Shown: positions 55,312 through 61,801 of the stretch, in pieces
Layout of the letters: each line of letters opens with the position of its first letter
Numbering within the stretch: position 1 is the stretch's first letter
Origin: a virus
Lineage: Duplodnaviria; Caudoviricetes
Length of the DNA: 61,801 nucleotides
IMG/VR virus record: IMGVR_UViG_3300049914_000132
Location: 1-61,801 of that record
Reading direction: 5' to 3' (one strand)
The notes under the pieces: generated by a model
Database searches by the model: none
The model's input: only the letters and a program-made list of their open reading frames with translations
Told to the model about the DNA's origin: nothing
Position numbers and translations under genes: made by a program

Positions 55312-57945
55312 ATGAACTCCATTCTTCTTGCTCTCACTTTGGCTTCTGGTGTTTGGTCTGCTCCGTCTGCTGTTGGTCCAGATGGCACTTTCAGGACAGC
55401 TCTTACGGGACCAGGTGTTTTTCCGAGCGCCGAGGATTTCATCTTCTACGTCGATCCAACGGGAAGCGACTCGAACAACTGCACGGCCGCGATCACGCCA
55501 TGTCTTACCCTCCAAGCTGCGGTAGCGAAACTTCCTCCGCAGTGGAAGCAGAAGGCGCGCATCATCTTCGCGGCGGGGACGTATACGATCACAGGCGTGT
55601 ACAATCTGAGAGTGGGCACACCGATCGGTGCGGGGGAGCCGTTGGTCATCCAGGGTGCCATGGAGGACAGCGGTCTGGGCGAGCGGACGATCACGGGAGT
55701 CACGACCTATGGTTCAGGCTACGTCGTCTCGGTCACCGATAACATCCTGGCTCCTACGCTCGATCAGTACGAAGGATACTTCCTCCGGATGACGACATGC
55801 GCGGCAGGTGCGGCGTGCGTCGGCTTGACGAGACTGATCAGAGGCAACTCCACGGGTGGTCAATTCGAGTTCAACATTGGATCGGACAGTAGCACTATCA
55901 AACCAGCAGTAGGAGACAAGTTCGTCATCGAGAAACCGAGCTCGATCATCTCATACAACAACAAGTTCGTCATTTCTTCGATAGGGAATGGTGCACCAAC
56001 ATCGTCATTTCAAGGTTCTGTCATCTTCAACCAGTTGCGATTCTCTTCGACAGCAAGCGCGGCGGTTTTGTACATCCAGGGAACGACCGTGCACATGAAA
56101 AAGGTGCAACACTATTCCACGTCGGCAAACGGGATTTATGTAATAAATGGTGGAATGCTCAATACGGGCAATCTGACATTGTTGACCTCTCCGGAGATCA
56201 TGGGGGACACTCCGACATATGGTGCATCGCTGTACATATACATCCCAACGTCCGCATACTCAAACGGCGGAATCTGGGTTGTGTCTTCTGCGATGTACGG
56301 GCCGGTGGTTCTAAGAAATGCCGCGATCTTTGGGTTTGCTGCATACTCGGGGGCCCCAGGCCCTAACGTGAACCCAACCAATGTATCGATAAAGGGTGGG
56401 CATATACGCGTCAACGATCAAGCATCAGTGAACGTGCTTGCTAGCTCTTTTGGTCCATTGTCTCAAATAGTCGACACGTCATACGCAACCTATCCCTGTA
56501 TCGAGCTCGGAGACGTACAGGCCACGATTACCGATATCGAACTATCTAGGTGTGTAGGAGGAGGGGTGTCACTCGGAAGAGGGGGATATGTCAGATTGAA
56601 CAGTGTGACAGGAACGGGAAACACTGGATTCGGCGTGCGAGTGAAGGAGAATGCTACAGTCTACGAAGGTTCAGGAGTTACAATTGCAGGGACAACAAGT
56701 GAAGTTCTCGTAGGAACTAGGACTACAACGCACGCGGCGATTGCGGCAGGGACTCCACTGATCGTACCTCCTCACGGAACCATATCTGCGTTTGGGGGAA
56801 CTACAGAATACCCGCTTTCCGGCACGAACACTGGAGACGTGACGCTCGGCGCGGTTGGATCAACACCCAATGCGAACGGGGCGACTCTCACCGGCCAGGT
56901 GTGGAATGCACAGCCGGCAGACGCGACCTATCCAGGCGTGGTGACGGTGGGCGCTCAGACGATCATGGGTCCCAAGACTGTGACGGGTCCGGTGTCTACG
57001 AATGGTCTCCTGTCAACGGCTCTCGCGACTCCGGTCAACGGCACGTTCACGACTGGTGCCGGCACGCTCACAACGGGGACCTACTACTACGCGGTAACCG
57101 CACTGAATGCTACCGGTGAGACCGTGCCCTCAACTCGGACGAGTTTCGCGGTCACGGGGCCGGCCGGAGTCAACATCAACTGGGGCACAGTATCAGGCGC
57201 TACGTTTTACAAGATCTACGGTCGGTCAATAGGGACCAACTTTCTGATGGCAACCATCGCGGCTCCTACGGTGACATGGCTAGACGATGGCTCGGTGACT
57301 CCAAGTGGCGCAATGCCAAGCGTTGGTTCGAGCGCCAACATATCAGGCGCCAATGATATTACTGCTGCTGGCAAGGTCATTGGCACGACTGGCGTAGCAG
57401 TTCCGAGCGGGCAAAAGGTCTGTTTCGATGGTCCAACCACATGCAGTATTTATGCGTACGCTGCCAGTGGATACATACAAATAAAAGGTAGCCAGCTCGC
57501 ACCCGATAGTTTGAGATCGATGGGGGCAATAGAGGTAGTTGGAAACGACGGAATAAAGCAGGTGACAGCCGATACACAGGTGTTCGTCGTGGCAAACGAC
57601 TCGTCTGACGGCAATGCACGAGGAGTAATCTTGCGGAATGCACCCTCGTTGAGCACGGCTGGAGATCGCTTGATCACGGGTGTCAATAACGCGACTGATG
57701 CATTCGACATCGATAAGGATGGCTCTTACCATCAGATCACTGCGCCCACGCTCCTTACGTGCGCAGCCACGTTTCGCCATCTAAAGACGGCTCAAGTGGG
57801 TGCCAGTGCCGGTAAGTATGACAAGGAGTGCATGTGTGTAAGTGATAATCAGGCGTCTCCAACATACGCCTGGAAAAACACGTCGGGTATTTTTGCAACG
57901 GAAGCCGCATCAATCGGGGATAGCACTACATGTCCCGATCCATGA
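55312..57945 (+). CDS. Large adhesin/tailspike-like protein (beta-helix + FN3-like)
   Basis: Hydrophobic N-terminus, YVDPTGSDSN.C..PC.T motif, beta-helix-like repeats, TYYYAVTALNATGET FN3-like motif. Confidence 0.6.
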   Translation: MNSILLALTLASGVWSAPSAVGPDGTFRTALTGPGVFPSAEDFIFYVDPTGSDSNNCTAAITPCLTLQAAVAKLPPQWKQKARIIFAAGTYTITGVYNLRVGTPIGAGEPLVIQGAMEDSGLGERTITGVTTYGSGYVVSVTDNILAPTLDQYEGYFLRMTTCAAGAACVGLTRLIRGNSTGGQFEFNIGSDSSTIKPAVGDKFVIEKPSSIISYNNKFVISSIGNGAPTSSFQGSVIFNQLRFSSTASAAVLYIQGTTVHMKKVQHYSTSANGIYVINGGMLNTGNLTLLTSPEIMGDTPTYGASLYIYIPTSAYSNGGIWVVSSAMYGPVVLRNAAIFGFAAYSGAPGPNVNPTNVSIKGGHIRVNDQASVNVLASSFGPLSQIVDTSYATYPCIELGDVQATITDIELSRCVGGGVSLGRGGYVRLNSVTGTGNTGFGVRVKENATVYEGSGVTIAGTTSEVLVGTRTTTHAAIAAGTPLIVPPHGTISAFGGTTEYPLSGTNTGDVTLGAVGSTPNANGATLTGQVWNAQPADATYPGVVTVGAQTIMGPKTVTGPVSTNGLLSTALATPVNGTFTTGAGTLTTGTYYYAVTALNATGETVPSTRTSFAVTGPAGVNINWGTVSGATFYKIYGRSIGTNFLMATIAAPTVTWLDDGSVTPSGAMPSVGSSANISGANDITAAGKVIGTTGVAVPSGQKVCFDGPTTCSIYAYAASGYIQIKGSQLAPDSLRSMGAIEVVGNDGIKQVTADTQVFVVANDSSDGNARGVILRNAPSLSTAGDRLITGVNNATDAFDIDKDGSYHQITAPTLLTCAATFRHLKTAQVGASAGKYDKECMCVSDNQASPTYAWKNTSGIFATEAASIGDSTTCPDP

Positions 57946-57985
57946 AGTCACAGATGTTCAACTCGCTGTGCAAAGGACAGACGGC

Positions 57986-58471
57986 ATGAAAAAGATATTG
58001 GGCACATTGGCAACTTGTGCGGTAATGATCATGGTGGCCTTCCCCGTTCAGGCAGGGACGGTAACTGGAAGTCTACAAGTCACTGCGACCGTCGATAGTA
58101 ACTGTGCAGTCAACGCATCTGCGTTGGCTTTTGGGATCTACAACCCGATGGCAACTAACCCATTGGACGTGAATGGGCAGATTAGCCTCACGTGCACTAA
58201 AAACACAGCATATGTTGTCAGTTTAGGGCTGGGGCTGCATTCTCCAGGTGGTAGTACCCGTAGAATGGCTGGAGCATCTGACTTTTTGATCTACGATATC
58301 TACTCAGATTCTGCTCGGACTGTGCTGTGGGCTTTGACAAACACGGTTTCGGGTACTTCGACTTCGTCAACAACTCCAATCAACCTCCCTGCTTATGGTC
58401 GCATACCGGAACATCAAGATGTGCTATCTGGGGCATACAATGACACTGTTTTTGTCACTGTGAATTTTTGA
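57986..58471 (+). CDS. Spore coat protein U / Csu-type pilin (SCPU domain)
   Basis: Signal peptide; VTATV..NC....LAFG.Y, ISLTCT, RRM....L.Y.IY.D.AR..W, YGRIP..Q....GAY.DTV.VTVNF. Confidence 0.85.
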   Translation: MKKILGTLATCAVMIMVAFPVQAGTVTGSLQVTATVDSNCAVNASALAFGIYNPMATNPLDVNGQISLTCTKNTAYVVSLGLGLHSPGGSTRRMAGASDFLIYDIYSDSARTVLWALTNTVSGTSTSSTTPINLPAYGRIPEHQDVLSGAYNDTVFVTVNF

Positions 58472-58488
58472 AGCAACGTGACAATACT

Positions 58489-58806
58489 ATGATTCGGTTC
58501 CTTCCCCTCCTCGCGCTCGCGGCGTTCTCCTGTGCGACCTCGCGCGCGAGGATGGAGCCGTGCCCAGTCTGTACTGATGGAGGGGGGGTGGCAGCTCGAC
58601 CATGCCCGAGTTCGACGCGGGTCGTGCTATCACCGTTGCCTGCGCCTCCACCACGACCGACACTAGACAAGATGCCAGCAGGCTGTGGACCTGCATTCAT
58701 GGCATGTCTCACACCAGAGGAAGACGATAAGCTACAGAACTACTTCAAAGCTGTGCGAAACTGGGCTGTAGAGGTCTACGCGAAGGGGTGTGCTCATGGG
58801 CAATGA
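58489..58806 (+). CDS. Pro-rich lipoprotein
   Basis: MIRFLPLLALAAFSC lipobox; GC...F.AC motif resembling the o-spanin at 4914. Confidence 0.6.
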   Translation: MIRFLPLLALAAFSCATSRARMEPCPVCTDGGGVAARPCPSSTRVVLSPLPAPPPRPTLDKMPAGCGPAFMACLTPEEDDKLQNYFKAVRNWAVEVYAKGCAHGQ

Positions 58807-59095
58807 GACGGCTCCTCGTCGTGAAGGGGTTTCGATGAAGCTCGTGGCGATCCTTGGTTCGTCACTTGCTGTTGTGCTTGGGATGCTTTCTACAGTGTTG
58901 GTCCTGCTGGTCAAATCTTTCGTCAATCAGATGGAAGTGCAACATAAGGACAATATGGCCATGCAAGCAATACAGCATGCGGATAACATGGCATCCCAGA
59001 AAGAGACTCGGGAAGTGCTCCAGGATCTTGGCAAAAAACAACAGACTCTAAGTGAGACGCTTCGGAAGATCATTGATAAGAAAAGGGCACCATGA
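58796..59095 (+). CDS. Single-TM coiled-coil protein
   Basis: Hydrophobic helix followed by QH.DNMA repeats and coiled coil. Confidence 0.55.
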   Translation: MGNETAPRREGVSMKLVAILGSSLAVVLGMLSTVLVLLVKSFVNQMEVQHKDNMAMQAIQHADNMASQKETREVLQDLGKKQQTLSETLRKIIDKKRAP

Positions 59096-59119
59096 AAGCT
59101 ACTTTGTAGGAGGCTTGCT

Positions 59120-59593
59120 GTGGTGATCGCAATTGACTTTGATGACAGCATTGTGAGTGCTGTACGGTCCTATGAGGACTTGTCTACACCACTGATCTTC
59201 AAAGTGAATGCCAAGTATGGTCTTCTTTCGCTCAAGAAGGCAGGCCACACCTTGATCCTTTGGAGCGCAAGAGCGAGCCCTGTGCTGCTGGAAGACCCGT
59301 CGCTTGATCCTTTGGTCAAGTGGGGTGCGAAGAAGCTTGACTTAGAACGATGGGAAAAGATGGTGTCTGTCCATCGAGCCCGTTACCAGCAGATGTTGGA
59401 CTTTGTCGCGCGTGAGCTACCAAGCGTCTTTGATGCAATTGATGATGGTCATGCTGGGAAGCTTCCGGGCGTGGATATGTTTGTCGATGACAAGGCACTT
59501 CGACTGGGGTACGGCACAGGTGGGTTCGGTTGGGCTGCGATTGCGCAAGTCTTCGGGTTACCCTACTACCCACCGTTGGAGGCTGCTGGATGA
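59120..59593 (+). CDS. HAD-superfamily phosphatase-like protein
   Basis: IAIDFDDSI (DxD), LILWSAR, K...DMFVDDKA. Confidence 0.75.
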   Translation: MVIAIDFDDSIVSAVRSYEDLSTPLIFKVNAKYGLLSLKKAGHTLILWSARASPVLLEDPSLDPLVKWGAKKLDLERWEKMVSVHRARYQQMLDFVARELPSVFDAIDDGHAGKLPGVDMFVDDKALRLGYGTGGFGWAAIAQVFGLPYYPPLEAAG

Positions 59594-59988
59594 GAGGCAT
59601 TCACACAAAGAAGTTCGGACATAGGACAGGTGAGACACCTCAAGAGATGCACGCACGGCTCGCGTGGAAGGGGAGAGTGTGTAGGTCGTGTGGCGGGCCA
59701 CCTGTAATCAGGATCAAAGTGCTGACACCTGTCAAAGAGATGAACCCTGGAATCGTTGCAGCCATAGCACTCAGGAACCCTGATGGCTCTGGGCAGCTCC
59801 CTGTCATCAAGACGGCACATGGGGATATGCTCATGACAGCAGATGTGTTCGCGTGCAGGGCTTGTCGGCGGGATGCAGAACGTGCAGCAGCCAAGGGCCC
59901 CAGCTTCAACATAGTGGAAATAGATAGAGGCGTCGATCCAACCAATAAGCGTGTGTTTGGGTGGGAAGGCGACCAGCATGCCAGCTAG
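59590..59988 (+). CDS. Zinc-finger hypothetical protein
   Basis: CRSCG...CRAC; GGAGG RBS. Confidence 0.55.
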   Translation: MRGIHTKKFGHRTGETPQEMHARLAWKGRVCRSCGGPPVIRIKVLTPVKEMNPGIVAAIALRNPDGSGQLPVIKTAHGDMLMTADVFACRACRRDAERAAAKGPSFNIVEIDRGVDPTNKRVFGWEGDQHAS

Positions 59989-60481
59989 GGTTGATTTCTG
60001 GTCTCGTGTTTCGCCTGAGCCGAACACAGGGTGCTGGCTTTGGCTTGGTCCATATTCGCATAACGGCTATGGGCGTTGTGGTGAAGAACGTGCGAATAGG
60101 GTAGCCCTTTCGCTCAGGCTAGGGCGTCAACTTCGGAGTGACGAAGAGGCCGCACATAAGTGTGACGTTCGGTGCTGTGTAAATCCAGATCACCTATTTC
60201 CTGCGACGCACCAACAAAACGAAGATGACAAGAAAGCAAAGGGACGGCAGGCTCGTGGTGCAGAACTTGCAAAAGCACAAGCTGCGTCTAGACCACGAGG
60301 AGAAACACATGGCATGACAAAGCTTACAGATGCACAAGTGCTAGAGATCCGTGCTCGACATGTTTGTGGTTCTAGGGGCTCAGACTCTACAAGCGCGCTA
60401 GCTAAAGAATATGGTGTTGATCGTACACTGATTTGGATGATTTCAACTAAGCGCATTCATAGGGTTGTTGGTCTTGGGTAA
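59978..60481 (+). CDS. HNH homing endonuclease (I-PpoI/HNH_3-like) with C-terminal HTH
   Basis: FWSRV..GCWLW.G..GYG..HKCDVRCCVNPDHL..N..D..KGR; KLTDAQV.EIR..LAKEYGV. Confidence 0.85.
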   Translation: MPARVDFWSRVSPEPNTGCWLWLGPYSHNGYGRCGEERANRVALSLRLGRQLRSDEEAAHKCDVRCCVNPDHLFPATHQQNEDDKKAKGRQARGAELAKAQAASRPRGETHGMTKLTDAQVLEIRARHVCGSRGSDSTSALAKEYGVDRTLIWMISTKRIHRVVGLG

Positions 60482-60485
60482 AGTC

Positions 60486-60707
60486 ATGACGCTTGATCAG
60501 CTCAAAGATCTATCGTCCAAGACAGCAGACTCGCTAGACGGCTATGTCGTTTCTGATGATGTGACCGTTGTTGTGATCGTTGCTGACAATGACCATTGCG
60601 CGTTCTCGTCACGTGGTGACGATAGCATAGTCAGGCAGTCTTGTGACTATGTCAAAGAAGTGATCGAAAAGGGTAAGGGCACTGAAATCCATGTGGGTAT
60701 TGCATGA
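60486..60707 (+). CDS. Hypothetical protein
   Basis: Fills the gap between two HNH genes; ATGA overlap. Confidence 0.45.
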   Translation: MTLDQLKDLSSKTADSLDGYVVSDDVTVVVIVADNDHCAFSSRGDDSIVRQSCDYVKEVIEKGKGTEIHVGIA

Positions 60708-61147
60708 GCGAAGCAGCTGCTAAGTACATGAAGAACAGAAAGGGCTCAAGCAAGCCCGAGCAGCACGAGCATCATCGGTCCAGGGAGGAAGATGGCGCGC
60801 TCGCCAGGATGCGCCTACTTGCGAAGAAGTACGGGGTCAAGTTGGACAACGACGGCGAGGGCGGCTTGCCTTCCAGCCTCGTGCTTGCTGTGCTGAAGCG
60901 AGATCATTTCGAGTGCAAGCGCTGTCAAGGCAAACGTGGAAAGCCAATCACAGTTCACCACAAAGGTGGGATCGTTGAAAGCAAATGGCTGAGTGAGAAA
61001 GGACACAACAACGATCCGAACAACATCGTGACACTATGCACGGCGTGCCATGACGATGTGCATGAGAAAGCCAGGGCAGAAGGTGTAGACTCCAGCCAGG
61101 TCAAGCCGAAGGGTGATGACTTCAAAGGGCAGCACGGGCACGATTGA
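60704..61147 (+). CDS. HNH endonuclease (McrA/5-type)
   Basis: VLKRDHFECKRC..VHH...NDPNNIVTLCTACHDDVH. Confidence 0.8.
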   Translation: MSEAAAKYMKNRKGSSKPEQHEHHRSREEDGALARMRLLAKKYGVKLDNDGEGGLPSSLVLAVLKRDHFECKRCQGKRGKPITVHHKGGIVESKWLSEKGHNNDPNNIVTLCTACHDDVHEKARAEGVDSSQVKPKGDDFKGQHGHD

Positions 61148-61161
61148 TCGGAGGTACGTTA

Positions 61162-61801
61162 GTGGGTGAAGCACCTTCTGATTCTGTGGTGAAGCCTGGT
61201 GACTTGATCAAGCTCGGGCCGCATAAGCTTTTGTGCGGGGATTCGACTGACTTGGCTTGTGTCAAGCACTTACTTGGCTCTGTGACTCCAAAGCTTGGGT
61301 TCACATCTCCACCATACTTTGACCTAAGAGCGTACAAGGGCGGATTGAACCTAGGCTGTGAGCATCTGGCAAGCTTTCTTGTGGCTCCTTGTGATGTGTG
61401 GGCTGTAAACTTGGGGATTATAATAAGGGGTGGTGAAATTCTGAAGTATTGGGATACATACCTTGATCATGCTAGATCTCTTGGCTTGAAGCTTTTGAGC
61501 TGGAATGTGTGGGACAAAGGCTCGGCTAGCTCAGCAGGAAGTATGAATGCTATGTTTAGCATTCAGCATGAGTTCATTTTCGTTTTTGGCAAGCACCCTG
61601 TTGTTCTAAATCGTACTGAGCCGAACAAGCAACCAAATGATCATCCGTCGAGTACACGTGATAGACAAAAGGATGGATCTACTTCTTTTCGATTGCATGG
61701 CCCCATACAACGCTTCCGACAACTAGGCACTGTCATAAAACAAGCTCCACAAATGGCACGCAACCTTGGATACGATTTTCCTGCGGCGTTTCCTGTTGAG
61801 C
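61162..61801 (+). CDS. Second N4/N6 DNA methyltransferase (3'-truncated by window end)
   Basis: Not in the ORF track: GGAGG RBS, GTG; KPGDLIKLGPHKLLCGDST, FTSPPY, VWDKG, HEFIFVFGK, FPAAFPVE. Confidence 0.85.
   Translation, partial: MGEAPSDSVVKPGDLIKLGPHKLLCGDSTDLACVKHLLGSVTPKLGFTSPPYFDLRAYKGGLNLGCEHLASFLVAPCDVWAVNLGIIIRGGEILKYWDTYLDHARSLGLKLLSWNVWDKGSASSAGSMNAMFSIQHEFIFVFGKHPVVLNRTEPNKQPNDHPSSTRDRQKDGSTSFRLHGPIQRFRQLGTVIKQAPQMARNLGYDFPAAFPVE

Noticed and set aside
1-61801. Prophage/integration module or stop-codon reassignment
   Set aside because: No integrase or host flanking genes are seen. Conserved genes are full length in the standard code and use TAA, TAG and TGA as stops.

Overview
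This window is about 62 kb of a tailed dsDNA phage (Caudoviricetes) genome. The host is probably Gram-negative, possibly Myxococcota or another deltaproteobacterium. That is an inference from a spanin pair, sigma54-type promoters and a spore coat protein U/Csu pilin homolog. Layout: tail-fibre and lysis genes (0.1-6.5 kb); a leftward block with RuvC-like, VWA/metallopeptidase and MoxR-like AAA genes (6.7-12.6 kb); a divergent control region (about 13 kb); many small early genes; a replication/recombination module (SF2 helicase, initiator-like protein, DnaB, primase, UDG-fused PolA, UvsY, SSB, RecA, SbcCD); ParB plus radical SAM; terminase; an intein-containing DNA methyltransferase; tRNA-Tyr and a tRNA-like element; portal; secreted/surface proteins; HNH genes; and a second, truncated methyltransferase. 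No capsid gene or integrase is visible. The main finding is an RNA-guided TIGR-Tas-like locus. It consists of a nuclease-less Nop/IS110-related protein (34411-35274) and three 36-nt-period arrays (edge repeat, 9-nt spacer, loop repeat, 9-nt spacer), placed directly upstream of tas, recA and sbcD, with a ~190-nt structured RNA before the first array. The second finding is an HNH homing endonuclease encoded in the +1 frame inside the methyltransferase intein. All calls come from reading motifs by eye; no database searches were run.
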